Position numbers and translations under genes: made by a program
Notes under the pieces: generated by a model
The model's database searches: none
Told to the model about the DNA's origin: nothing
The model's input: only the letters and a program-made list of their open reading frames with translations
Shown: positions 12,386 to 25,287 of the stretch, piece by piece
How positions within the stretch are numbered: position 1 is the first letter of the stretch
Layout: the number at the start of each line of letters is the position of its first letter
Source: Octopus vulgaris
Lineage: Eukaryota
Direction: 5' to 3'
DNA: 64,000 nucleotides
Assembly: GCA_951406725.2 (NCBI GenBank)
Contig: OX597827.1
Location: 53,692,001-53,756,000 of the forward strand

Positions 12386-12787
12386 GAGTGGCTGTGTGGT
12401 AAGTAGCTTGCTAACCAACCACATGGTTCCGGGTTCAGTCCCACTGCGTGGCATCTTGGGCAAGTGTCTTCTGCTATAGCCCCGGGCCGACCAATGCCTT
12501 GTGAGTGGATTTGGTAGACGGAAACTGAAAGAAGCCTGTCGTATATATGTATATATATATATATATGTGTGTGTTTGTGTGTCTGTGTTTGTCCCCCTAG
12601 CATCGCTTGACAACCGATGCTGGTGTGTTTACGTCCCCGTCACTTAGCGGTTCGGCAAAAACGAGACCGATAGAATAAGTACTGGGCTTACAAAGAATAA
12701 GTCCCGGGGTCGAGTTGCTCGATTAAAGGCGGTGCTCCAGCATGGCCGCAGTCAAATGACTGAAACAAGTAAAAAAAGAAAAAAAAG
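12384..12787 (+). mobile_element. SINE family A, young copy
   Basis: Near-identical to copies at 24963 and 51738. Confidence 0.92.
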
Positions 12788-12855
12788 AGAGATATATATA
12801 TATAACGTTAAAAAGAATGTAGCAGGTGGTTACGTCCCTTTACATTATCTAAGTA

Positions 12856-13081
12856 CAGTAATCCTTCGACTATCGCGGGTGTTACGTTCCAAAATCCCAT
12901 CGCGATAGGTGAAAATCCGCGAAGTAAGAAACAGTACGGTGTACTGTATATTCTTTTTTATTATTTTAGTATTTACATGCATTTATTTTATTATAAATGC
13001 AAAACAACACCACGAAGGACTCGACGTAAGCTTAAACAATAAACTACGATAGATGAACCGCGATATGGCGAGAGATTACTG
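12856..13081. mobile_element. pogo/Tigger-like MITE
   Basis: TA|CAGTAATCCTTCGACTATCGCGG ... CCGCGATATGGCGAGAGATTACTG|TA: TIRs with a TA TSD. Confidence 0.8.
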
Positions 13082-13689
13082 TATACAGATACACACATAC
13101 ATACATACACACATACATACATACATACATACATACATACATACATACATACATACATACATACATACATACATACATGCATACATACTTATAATTTAAG
13201 CATTCCATCGATTTTAATTCAATAAATTTACAAAATATTTCCATATTTTCTTATCCTCCCGTCTTTGTTTTTTGGGGGTTTTTTTTGTTCCCATATTGTT
13301 TTTTTTTCTTTTTTGTGAAGACGTTGATGAATTTTTAATAAAATGTCACTCGGTGCAAAAACATTTCGAGCGAAGAAGACAATGGACTTCCTTTGTGTGA
13401 AATAGTGGTATCTGCTGTCGCTTGATTGCCTTTACTGTTTTGCAGTTGCGAATGTGCTTGTCTTATTATATCAGACTGCATGTAGAGTGAACTCCATTAT
13501 TGGTAGAAAGTCAGCTCTTGTCGAGACTGAATTCGTAGCCTCCCTTTATTTATTTCTGCTAATAATGCCATTCCGAACGTCATGGATATCACAGTATCCC
13601 GTTTTCCTTACTACACGCACACATGTAGTATTGTGTGGGTGAGTGTTCATACAAACGTACATTCATTCATACACACATTAACGCAAATA

Positions 13690-13714
13690 TATAGATAGAT
13701 AGATAGATAAATAA

Positions 13715-13779
<65 letters not shown>

Positions 13780-13806
13780 CAGACTGACTGATAGATAGAT
13801 AGATAT

Positions 13807-13878
<72 letters not shown>

Positions 13879-14093
13879 AAACTTATGTGTTTACACACAC
13901 TATATTTATATATAAATATATATGTATATTTATATATATATTTATTTATATATAAATATATATGTATATAAATATATATTTATATTTATATATAAATATA
14001 TATTTATATATAAATATATATGTATATTTAGTACGTTTAAATATTTGTTGTGCAAGATTTTATATATATTTTATATATATTTATATATATATT

Positions 14094-14184
<91 letters not shown>

Positions 14185-14190
14185 ATATAT

Positions 14191-14222
<32 letters not shown>

Positions 14223-14267
14223 AATATGTTTATATATTTATATAAATATATATACATATATATATAC

Positions 14268-14345
<78 letters not shown>
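13690..14345. repeat. (GATA)n followed by degenerate (TA)n low-complexity tract
   Basis: Direct tandem repeats. Confidence 0.95.
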
Positions 14346-14348
<3 letters not shown>

Positions 14349-15031
14349 TGATTGATTGATTCTAGTTTCAGCTTATGAGCTGTGGCCATGCTGGGGCACC
14401 GCCATTTATGTATATGTATGTATATGTATGTATATGTATATGTATGTATATGTATATATATGTGTGTATGTATAGATGTATGTACGCATGCATTATGTAT
14501 GTGTGTACGTACGTATATATGTACGTATATACGTATGTATCTATGTACGTATGCGTATATGTACGTACGTGCGAACGAACGTAGATACGTATGTATGTAT
14601 TTATGTATGTACGTGTGAATGGATTGGTTTTCGCGCATGGGGGGAAAGAATATTATTTTTTCAAGTTCCCCAAATTAAATTCGAGATCAAATATCATTAA
14701 CGTGGTTAATTATTACCGACTCATTAAATGAATAAATTGTTAACTAATTAGTAAATAAATTAACTCCTAAATATTTAATTTCTCCATTCCGGTAATTTAA
14801 AATTCTTTCTATTTATGAGGAAAAAAATCTATACTTTTGCATATCTCATACATTATTTTCTTGTACCTGTCCGCAATTACAATGTTTTAAGAAGCTAAGA
14901 AAATGCTAAGTCGAAGTGTCCGTAGCTTTGTGAATGCAATCGATGACAAATTAACAACAATTTCTTTAATATGGTGTCGATGTAATATTGACGTGTAGTT
15001 ATGTGTGAATAGCTTACCTTTTGTTCTCTGG

Positions 15032-15070
<39 letters not shown>

Positions 15071-15376
15071 CGTGCGTATGTATATGTGTTTGTGTGTATT
15101 CATATATGCATGCGGTTATGCATGCAAGTATGTGTTTATGTATACCTATATGTATAGAAAGATACATAGACACATAGAAGTATGGATGTGTGTGAGCATA
15201 CACACACACACACACACACACAGACGCACATATAATATATACATACATATCTATATATATATACTTGTGTGTGTGTCTTTGTGTATGTATGGATGGATAT
15301 ATACATATGTATATATGCATGTATGTATGGATATATGCGGATATATACGTATACGTAATTTATAAAATATGTATGA

Positions 15377-15593
<217 letters not shown>

Positions 15594-16075
15594 AAAGTGC
15601 TTTCGATTCCTAGCTAAATCTATGTCCCTTTTATGCATGACAAACGCAAGCATTATAACTTCTTATTTTCCCTTTCTCAGTTTCGCAAAAGGGTTATGTT
15701 TTATAGAGGCAGTAGGGGTTCCCATGCTTCCCACTATTTAATGTCTCACTACCCAGATTTCAAATAACCAGAGGGTTGACTTTGCTTTTCATCCTTCCAA
15801 AGATAATATTTATTTATCAATTAAGGTTTAAAGTGAAGTAATGTTTTAGGGACAGCTAACCAACTAAATTAACAGATTGGTCTTCTCTGTAATAAGTACT
15901 CTATACACTATATGTCTTATTGATTTCTTATACGAATACAGGGGAAGAAGAAAGTCGGTAATGTCCATGCCTTTCTGTGGCGGAGGAAAGTATTAAGAGC
16001 GTAAGCAAAATGGAGTGATTTCAACAGCGACTTCAATTCAGACAATAGGAATATTTAAGGAGATATTTTATACAA

Positions 16076-16110
<35 letters not shown>

Positions 16111-16140
16111 TGTGTGTGTGTGTATTTGTATAAAATATGC

Positions 16141-16205
<65 letters not shown>

Positions 16206-16268
16206 CAGAGACAGACAGACAGACAGACAGACAGGCAGAGAGAGAGACAGACAGACAGACAGAGAGGC

Positions 16269-16349
<81 letters not shown>

Positions 16350-16360
16350 TAGATAGATAT

Positions 16361-16710
16361 GTTTCTTTATTAGCCACACAGGGCTGAACACAGACGGGAC
16401 AAATTACAAAGTAGAGCTTTTCTTTTTGGAGAGAGAAAAAAAAGTGGGGTAGGTTTTCGATCAAAAGGGATCGTAAAAAGGAAAGAAAAAACGATCAATA
16501 GGGATCGTGTATCACAGAAATGTCATGATGTAAAGTGTAAAGGGGGAAACAGATAAGGTTTATCCATGGAAAGAAAAGCCTACGGAAAAGACCACGGTAA
16601 CCTCGGTCAATAATGTCACATGTTAACACATTTATTTGCAAGTAAGTAACTCTGTTTTAAATTTTTCCGGGTTCATAGGATCATAATCAAGGTGGCTTCG
16701 TCATTCATAC
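16361..16710 (-). mobile_element. 5'-truncated LINE 3' end (ORF end and 3'UTR) inserted in a (GATA/GACA)n tract
   Basis: Minus strand: short ORF end MNDEATLIMIL*, T-rich UTR, terminal stem-loop and AATAAAGAAA. The last 42 nt match the SINE B tail at 37/42. Confidence 0.6.
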
Positions 16711-16756
<46 letters not shown>

Positions 16757-16761
16757 GATAG

Positions 16762-16819
<58 letters not shown>

Positions 16820-16903
16820 ACACACACACACACACATACATATACAGGATGTGCCAAAAGTCGCGCATCAAAACATTTGGACATTTTATTTATAGTGTTA
16901 TTA

Positions 16904-16984
16904 CAGTAATCCCTCGTCTATCGCGGGTGTTACGTTCCAAATCTCACCGCGATAGGTGAACCGCGATATGGCGAGAGATTGCTG
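16904..16984. mobile_element. 81-bp deletion derivative of the pogo-like MITE at 12856
   Basis: Same TIRs and TA TSD; left and right ends fused at GATAGGTGAA. Confidence 0.8.
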
Positions 16985-17629
16985 TATTAATATTATTCAT
17001 TTATATTCATGTAAATATATGTGTGCGCGCGTGTGTGTATTTCACTTAAGCATTTCTTATTTCGTGTCAAAATTTTCATCTCACCAATTGAAGATTGAAA
17101 CCTGGTCACTGACACTCATTGGGACGGGTGGGGGGTAATTAAGTTGTTTTTTGTGCTGAATTCAAGTAACAAGGCTTTTTTGTTTATGTCAAAATAGCTT
17201 TTGGAGTTTGTCAACGTATGAATGAGCGGCTGCACATATGTTTGTGCGTATGTAGATAAACTTGCAATAAAGTGCATATACGTCTCATTTTAGTACACAA
17301 GTATGGGTGTATTTCATCATTGATTATGCGTCCGTGCCTAAGTATGCCATATGCACATATCACTGTGTGATTATACTCAATCCAGGATTTTCAACGGGAG
17401 AATCCTGACAATTCATTTTCACTGTGCCACCAATTAATTGTATATAAATCAGTTTGATTTGCTCTTTGCTTTGGACACCCTAGCATTTCTAGGCTCTTTG
17501 ACGTAGGCCCAATGCACCTATGATAACACTGTGTAACACAATTGTGGTCCTAAGGGAGCAACCGTTATTTCCTATTTGCTTTTCTCTAGAAAGTATGAAA
17601 AATAGCTAATATTTTCTTCAAACTTTGCT

Positions 17630-17800
17630 TTATTCAAACCTCAAAGAATCCCTCTCAACACATGGCTATGATGCTCCCCACTACTCCTACTCATGATCAG
17701 AGGTGCACATATTGCCAGTCATTAAGAGACATGCTCAAGTGGTTAAGGTAAAGCAACTGACAAGTACATCTGTGGTATTGAGCAATATATTTGCTATAAT
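17630..17800. repeat. Diverged partial copy of the element at 19721-20277
   Basis: AAAGAATCCCTCTCAACACATGGCTATGATGCTCCCC...CTGTGGTATTGAGCA shared with 20005-20175. Confidence 0.8.
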
Positions 17801-17960
17801 GATATTTCTGCAACTCAGTCCTGAATCTGTCTGAAATGTAATGGAAAAGAGGTCAGTTTCAAAACATTGATGTCCAGGTCACAAAAGCAAAGTTTGATTT
17901 CTAGGCCCTTGATAAAATCAGAGAAGTACATAATTTCATTTAAATGGTATTTGGTACATT

Positions 17961-18157
17961 CTGCCGTTACGTTCTGAGTTCGTCTGCCGTTACGTTCTGA
18001 GTTCAAATTCCGCCGAGGTCGACTTTGCCTTTCATCCTTTCGGGGTCGATAAATTAAGTACCAGTTACGCACTGGGGTCGGTGTCATCGACTTAATCCGT
18101 TTGTCTGTCCTTGTTTGTCATCTCTGTGTTTAGCCCCTTGTGGGTAGTAAAGAAATA
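17961..18157 (+). mobile_element. SINE family B (tail type 1), 5'-truncated
   Basis: B-box GAGTTCAAATTCC, body GTCGACTTTGCCTTTCATCCTTTCGGGGTCGATAAA, and 15-bp TSD GGTATTTGGTACATT (17946-17960, 18158-18172). Confidence 0.9.
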
Positions 18158-18264
18158 GGTATTTGGTACATTTGAGAGTACAGGTAAACTTTCAGGCAGC
18201 TGAATTCGATGTCTATTGAATTCGATGTCGCCATTGAAATTACTTTATTTTCTTCACGCCCTGA

Positions 18265-18430
18265 GATAGCAGACTCATTAACACGCCGGACAAAATGCTT
18301 AGCGGCATTTCTTTCGGCTTTACGTTTCGAATTCAAATTCTGCCGAGACTGACTTTGCCTTTCATATTTTCGGGGTCGATAAAATAAGCACCAGTAATAA
18401 TGGACTTGCACCCTCAAAGTTTCAGGCTCT
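18265..18430 (+). mobile_element. SINE family B, diverged
   Basis: Degenerate family B head and body. Confidence 0.7.
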
Positions 18431-18449
18431 CACTCTCTCTCTCCCCCCT

Positions 18450-18495
<46 letters not shown>

Positions 18496-18772
18496 GACGC
18501 ATGGACAGTTACGTGATTTGATTTGAAAACAGCATGTATCACAAAAGTGAACCGTTATCAAAATTTATAGACACTGGTCTTCAGTTTGGTCAATACGGAT
18601 CACTGCTCAGTGCTGCTTTGTACGTGTATTATTAAATGTTATCCTGTGACCGAAGATTTGGTCCAAATGTTTGCCTCGGAATGGTTTTTGCTAAATGCAT
18701 CCAGTAAAAGCATTCAGGAGACAGAGATTGGAGTTAAACTAGGTGACTGTTTCATACCACCACCACCACATT

Positions 18773-18938
18773 CAGGGTCGGCTCAAGGTACCGGCAACTC
18801 GGGCAATCTCCCGGGGCGCTATGTGCTAGGAGGTGCCAAGGAGGACATAACAAAGACATGGGGATTTCCGCAACCGTCAGCTTGTACGCTCCGAAGTTCA
18901 GCTTGCCCGGGGCTCCAGCAACCCTAGGACCGGCCCTG
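18773..18938. mobile_element. hAT-like MITE
   Basis: TIRs CAGGGTCGG / CCGGCCCTG; imperfect 8-bp TSD ACCACATT/ACCAGATC. Confidence 0.7.
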
Positions 18939-19640
18939 ACCAGATCCACCTGATTTTGTTTCACTTTCTCTTTTTTTTTCTAACGAGACCGATGAGAATA
19001 ATCCCTAGATATAGAGAGGAACTGAGTTCAGCATTCATTGTCTCCCATCTCTTCGTGCTTAAGTAAACGGAATTCTATTATTTTTAACAAAAGCCCTTGA
19101 ACATTTGAAAGGAATCAATATTATTGAAACAGTGGTCTCATAATAGATGTATATTGCTTTTGTAAGGTAATCATATAAAGCTAGACTTCATCAAAACTAA
19201 ACAAACATGAATAATGTCGTTGTATGCACTATTTTGTGCATAATCTATGTATTAATCAACCGAACAGTCAGAAACTCATCCTCACCCTCTTTCTCTCTGG
19301 TTCTCCTGGTTCTCTTATATATACAATTGCAATCATATATAGGCGTATAGTTATATTTAATTAATTATACCATTAAATCTCTACTATGGTTTCCCATCGA
19401 TATCCAGGTGGTTATTACCTACTTAAGAATACACGAGAAATATAACGTTACGACACATCACATGATCTCATGACTGGTTACAAAGTATACATTTTCCGCT
19501 AAGTGTGTAATATATACACGCTCCGATGATGGCTTATAAGCTGGCCGAAACTTTGAATTCACTGTCAACTTTTCTTGTTAAAGAATAATAAATTTGTACT
19601 CGACCAAAAGTATTAAGTAATCCTTCAGTTTAACGTAAAA

Positions 19641-19720
<80 letters not shown>

Positions 19721-20274
19721 GAGTGAGAGAGCAGTTCATGCCATCAAAGTGACACTGGGGTAAAATATACGAAGCCCAATATACCCATCATGACTACCCG
19801 TCTGATAAGGGTACACCAGGCACATGCATCACAACCATATGTGCGCGACATGGTGATCTCATAACAAGATAAACAGCACATGACCTTGCAGGTGGGGCCC
19901 AGTTAGAAATTTCTTCAGGTCGAGTAGCCAATCCTGCTCAAAAGGTCCCTGAATAAGGATTGTTTAAGGATGTTGAAAGAACCACCCATGTTTCCAGAGG
20001 TGAATTATTCAAACCCCAAAGAATCCCTCTCAACACATGGCTATGATGCTCCCCCACTACTTCTGCTCGTGATCAGAGATGCACATATCGTCAGCCACTA
20101 AGGGACATGCTCAACTGGTTACGGTCAAACAACTGACAAGCAAATCTGTGGTATTGAGCAGAATATTTGCTGTAGCCCATCTTTTATACCAAGACAAAAC
20201 AATGTACATGATAACACTTCCAATCAAATAAGATCAGAAGCCATGAGAGCCACTGCCTGGTACTGCATCAGGGC

Positions 20275-20277
<3 letters not shown>
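19721..20277. mobile_element. About 560-bp non-coding interspersed element inserted within a (TAT)n microsatellite
   Basis: Flanked on both sides by pure (TAT)n (19643-19720, 20278-20322); a second partial copy lies at 17630. Confidence 0.7.
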
Positions 20278-20323
<46 letters not shown>

Positions 20324-20350
20324 ACATAAAAACAATTATTTATATATAAA

Positions 20351-20560
20351 AGATGGTGAGCTAGCAGAACTGTTAGCACGCCGGGCAAAATGGTAAGCGG
20401 TATTTCGTCCGTCTTTACGTTCTGAGTTCAAATTCTGTCGAGGTCGACTTTACTTTTCGTCCTTTCTGGGCTTAAAGTAAGTACCAGTTGAGTACTGAGA
20501 TCTATGTAATTGACTTATTCCTACCCCGAAATTGCTAGCCTTGTGCCAAAATTTGAACCC
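20351..20560 (+). mobile_element. SINE family B, tail type 2
   Basis: Family B head and body ending CCCCGAAATTGCTAGCCTTGTGCCAAAATTTGAA. Confidence 0.8.
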
Positions 20561-21307
20561 ATACATACATACATACATACATACATACAAACAAAAATAC
20601 ATACATACACACGCACACATGTATGTATGTATTATACACACATACGTGCGTGTATGTGTGTGTGTATGTATGTGTGTGCGCGCGTGTATGTGTCATTCCC
20701 ACCGATCTTGTTACAAAATGGAAAGAGAATTAAACAAAACCGGTTGGTGGTATGAAATCGTCACTTGGATTAGCACCACCCGCTCACTCCCGGATACTTT
20801 TAGTGAAAAAACATTCTGTGGCAATCATCTGGACCAAGTTTCCGGTGTCAGAATAACTTGATTTCTTGATGCACTTCCTTCTACTGCAGTGACTCATGAG
20901 TTGTGGTTTCTCCCTCCCTGCTTCAAGATCAGTCTTGGGCATCCTGTAAGGATCAGAAGCAGTCCCCTTTTTTTTCTCTGGTTAAGTAATAAAAAGAACA
21001 AAAACCTCAGTGATTATAAAGAGGTGTACCTCTTTTTTTTATTTTCATTTCATCTGCTTTGCTTTCTTATTAACCACATCACCGACTTTTGCAAGGAAGT
21101 GTGTATAGTCTTATATTTATTTTGTTACTCTTTCCTATGATTGGAAGATAAGTCCACGTAGGCGAATGCGCACGACGAAGCCAAACTACGGCTTTAAAAA
21201 GAGACGAAGCCAAACTACGGCATTTAGTCCGGGTTAGTATGCAGTTTACGAGGAAAAAATGGAAGTAAACTAGCCTAATGCTGTAAAAGTGAATTACAAC
21301 AGAAACC

Positions 21308-21538
21308 TATTTCTTTATTACCCACAAGGGGCTAAACACAGAGGGGACAAACAAGGACAGACATAGGTATTAAGTCGATTACATCGACCCAGTGCGTAAC
21401 TGGTACTTAATTTATCGACCCCGAAAGGATGAAAGGCAAAGTCGACCTCGGCGGAATTTGAACTCAGAACGTAACGACAGACGAAATACGGCTACGCATT
21501 TCGCCCGGCGTGCTAACGTTTCTGCCAGCTCGCCGCCT
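21308..21538 (-). mobile_element. SINE family B (tail type 1), full length
   Basis: 14-bp TSD TTACAACAGAAACC at 21294-21307 and 21539-21552. Confidence 0.92.
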
Positions 21539-21939
21539 TTACAACAGAAACCGGGAGGGATGCCATTGACAGCTTAAAATTTCATAAAGAGAACAAAGAA
21601 CTCCCTCATTGTGCCTCGTCCACAAGCACCTACATGTGTAGTACCTTCTAGTGGTATGTTGAATATTTCAGAAAAAGCACCTGAAGTACACCGTTCGTAT
21701 TATATACCAAACAACGAACAATACTGAGAGGTGTGGTTCATTTCATCGTATATTAAATATATGTACGATTTTCATTGGCTCGTCCGGAGATACGGATATA
21801 GTGCCTGTAGAGCGCTATATTAAATATATGTACACTTTATGCATTGGTTATGTCACATTCTTTACATGAAATTACGGGGTGTCACTGTCGTCACTTCCGG
21901 TTTCTATCAATTTATTTTTCAATATTTTTAGGACCGCTA

Positions 21940-22115
21940 AGGCGGGGAGCTGGCAGAATTGTTAGCATGCCAGGCAAAATGCTTTGGGGCATTTCGTTCG
22001 ACTGAGTTTAAATTTCGAGCGAAGTCGACTTTGCCTTTCATCCTTTCTGGGGTCGATGTAATCGACTTACTCCCTTCCTCAAAATTACTGGCCTTGTATC
22101 AAACTTTGAAACCAG
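21940..22115 (+). mobile_element. SINE family B, tail type 2, diverged
   Basis: GGCGGGGAGCTGGCAGAATTGTTAGC head with the family B body. Confidence 0.75.
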
Positions 22116-22215
22116 GACAATTTACTTCCATTTTTTTCTTACAACTGTAAACTCTTAATCCTAGTCCGTGCTTGATCATTTTTGCCAATTCCTACCCAGA
22201 TCACTGCTAAATATT

Positions 22216-22797
22216 CTTTTCTGCACTAGGCATAAGGCCCGAAATTTTGGGGGAGGAGGCCAGTCGATTAGATCGCACCCAGTATGCAACTGGTACTTAA
22301 TTTATCGACCCCGAAAGGATGAACGGCAAAGTCGACCTCGGCTGAATTTGAACTCAGAACGTAACGGTAGACGAAATACCTATTTCTTTATTACCCACAA
22401 GGGGCTAAACACAGAGGGGACAAACAAGGACAGACACACGGATTAAGTCGATTACATCGACCCCAGTGTGTAACTGGTACTTAATTTATCGACCCCGAAA
22501 GGGAAAAAGGCAAAGTCGACCTCGGCGGAATTTGAACTCAGAACGTAGCGGCAGACGAAATACCTATTTCTTTACTACCCACAAGGGGCTAAACACAGAG
22601 GGGACAAACAAGGGCAGACACGCGGATTAAGTCGATTACATCGACTCCAGTGTGTAACTGGTACTTAATTTATCGACCCCGAAAGGATGAAAGGCAAAGT
22701 CGACCTCTGCGGAATTTGAACTCAGAACGTAACGGCAGACGAAGTACGGCTACGCATTTCGCCCGGCGTGCTAACGTTTCTGCCAGCTCGCCGCCTT
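22216..22797 (-). mobile_element. Head-to-tail SINE B trimer within one TSD pair
   Basis: 184-bp unit with junctions at 22380/22381 and 22564/22565; TSD AGATC(A/G)CTGCTAAATATT at 22198-22215 and 22798-22815. Confidence 0.9.
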
Positions 22798-23410
22798 AGA
22801 TCGCTGCTAAATATTGATGGAACTGATAAAAAGCAGAATCCGACAGACTAACAAACTCAAAGTGCATATTATAACATTTCTAAACTTGTTAGCGCACACA
22901 CATAGACACAAACGCAAAACAGCAAGGAACATTGATTCTTATTGATCAAATTAAGCAGTGTCAATCAATTTTGATGACGTTTCGGTTCTGTGATACAAGT
23001 TAACTATTTTCAGACTGCGAAACATATCTAAGACAACTGAATAAAATTTAATGAGATATATATATATATATATATATTTTTGTTTCTACTTTTATGTAAT
23101 CCGTTGTGTGTATTATTTTTCCACTAAAAATTTAATGACAGCGAGGCAATTAACAAAGAAAATAAATACGCCATCAAAGAGAACTGTCAGAAAGCGAGCA
23201 AGGGAGCTAATAATGGAGAGAGGAAATGCATAAAGACGGAGAAAGCGGGGTGGTGAGATATGTCATGTGACAAGGGAGGTATCGAAAATTGGCGACAAGG
23301 GAATGGGAAAACAATGTTAAAGAACTGGGCAGCGAGAAATATGAAAAGAGAGCGTGGAAAACTAAGCAAATGAATGATAGAAAGCATGCAAAGAGAAAAT
23401 ACAATTGACA

Positions 23411-23413
<3 letters not shown>

Positions 23414-23465
<52 letters not shown>

Positions 23466-23860
23466 TGTGTCTGTGTGTGTGTCTGTGTCTGTGGGTGTAT
23501 GGGTGTGTGTGTGTATGGGTGTGTGTGTGTCTGTGTGTCAGTGTGTGTGTGTGTGTGTGTATGGGTGTGTGTATGGTGTGTGTATGTATAGGTGTGTGTG
23601 TATGGGTGTGTGGGTGTGTGTGGGTGTATGGGTGTGTGTGTCTGTGTGTCAGTGTGTGTGTATGTGTATGGGTGTGTGTATGGTGTGTGTGTATAGGTGT
23701 GTGTGTATGGGTGTGTGTGTATAGGTGTGTGTATGGGTGTGTGTGTGTGTATGGGTGTGTGTGTGTATGGGTGTGTGTGTGTATGGTGTGTGTGTATGTG
23801 TGTGTATGTATGGGTGTGTGTGTATGTGTATGTGTGTGTGTGTGTGTGCGCGTGTGTGTG
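23414..23860. repeat. (TG)n with TATGGG interruptions
   Basis: Direct tandem repeats. Confidence 0.95.
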
Positions 23861-24425
23861 CCTGTGCTTGCGATAGTAATGCTAGGAGAAAGCAGAAAGG
23901 GAATAGTGACTAGAATTATTGGTCCTACTTATTGAAGACGGCTCATCTATTGTGGAAGAAAACGGAAAGAAAGTTCACCTAGTATACGCTTTTATTTTTA
24001 TCTATTTATTTTTACTGAAGAAGAATGAGTCACAGAAATGGCCTAACAGAGAGCATGAAAATGGCTTTAGCTTCTTCCCAGCTACGCAAGGCATTATAAT
24101 ATATTAGTGGCTTCGTCATATTGACTGGCATGCGGTTACAATATAAACTGACTTCTTTCCTCTCTCTATGTCCTCCTCGACCTGATTCGCTTTCTTTTTC
24201 ATTTTAGCTAGTATATATTTTCGTATCTCAAAGCAGACGTTTTCGTAATTAAAGGTAGCTACTTTCACAATAATTATTGGGATTAAATTACGTTACAAAA
24301 ATTAATTTATAGCGAAACTAACAACACTAAATCTGTTGTGGAAGCATTTTGAAAGACTCTAAAGTACTTGATGTAATTGTCGTCTATTCTAGGCGCAGTC
24401 GAATTCTTGTCTGTATATCAATATA

Positions 24426-24656
24426 TATTTCTTTATTGCCCACAAGGGGATAAACATAGAGAGGACAAACAAGAACAGACAAACGGATTAAGTCGATTAC
24501 ATCCACCCCAGTGCGTAACTGGTACTTTATTTATCGACCCCGAAAGGATGAAAGGCAAAGTCGACCTCGGCGGAATTTGAACTCAGAACGTAACGGCAGA
24601 CGAAACACCGCTAAGCATCTCGCCTAGCGTGCTAACGTTTCTGCCAGCTCGCCGCC
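24426..24656 (-). mobile_element. SINE family B (tail type 1), full length
   Basis: Complete head, body and tail; imperfect TSD GTCTGTATAT(C/T)AATATA. Confidence 0.9.
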
Positions 24657-24962
24657 TTGTTGCCGTCTGTATATTAATATAACTAATATCAACCTCCTTC
24701 TTCAGACTTCAGCGTGCATTGAACCAAAAACTTTAAGGCAAAGATTTATTATACCACTTACTGTATTATTGTCGGATAATGATTTCTCCCATGGATACAA
24801 AGCTACAATATGTGTAAAGAGAGTAAATCGATTAAAATCAATTAGAATACTACTAGTATTACTGCTACTTTATCATGCCCGTGGTGAGTGAAAGCAAAAA
24901 TCGCTTTCTGCGAAGCTTGAACGAAAAACAAAGAAACAAAGAAACAAAGAAATATTGATTAA

Positions 24963-25287
24963 TGCTATAGCCCCGGGCCGACCAATGCCTTGTGGGTGGA
25001 TTTGGTAGACGGAAACTGAAAGAAGCCTGTCGTATATATGTATATGTATATATATTTATGTGTGTGTGTGTGAGTTTGTGTGTCTGTGTTTGTCCCCCTA
25101 GCATTGCTTGACAACCGATGCTGGTGTGTTTACGTCCCCGTCACTTAGCGGTTCGGCAAAAGAGACCGATAGAATAAGTACTCGGCTTACAAAGAATAAG
25201 TCCCGGGGTCGATTTGCTCGACTAAAGGCGGTGCTCCAGCATGGCCGCAGTCACATGACTGAAACAAGTAAAAGAGTAAAAGAGTAA
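24963..25287 (+). mobile_element. SINE family A, 5'-truncated
   Basis: Starts at TGCTATAGCCCCGGGCCG and ends (AAAGAGTA)n. Confidence 0.9.

Noticed and set aside
22216-22797. CRISPR-like repeat array
   Set aside because: The units are whole SINE bodies with no unique spacers or cas genes, and the context is eukaryotic.
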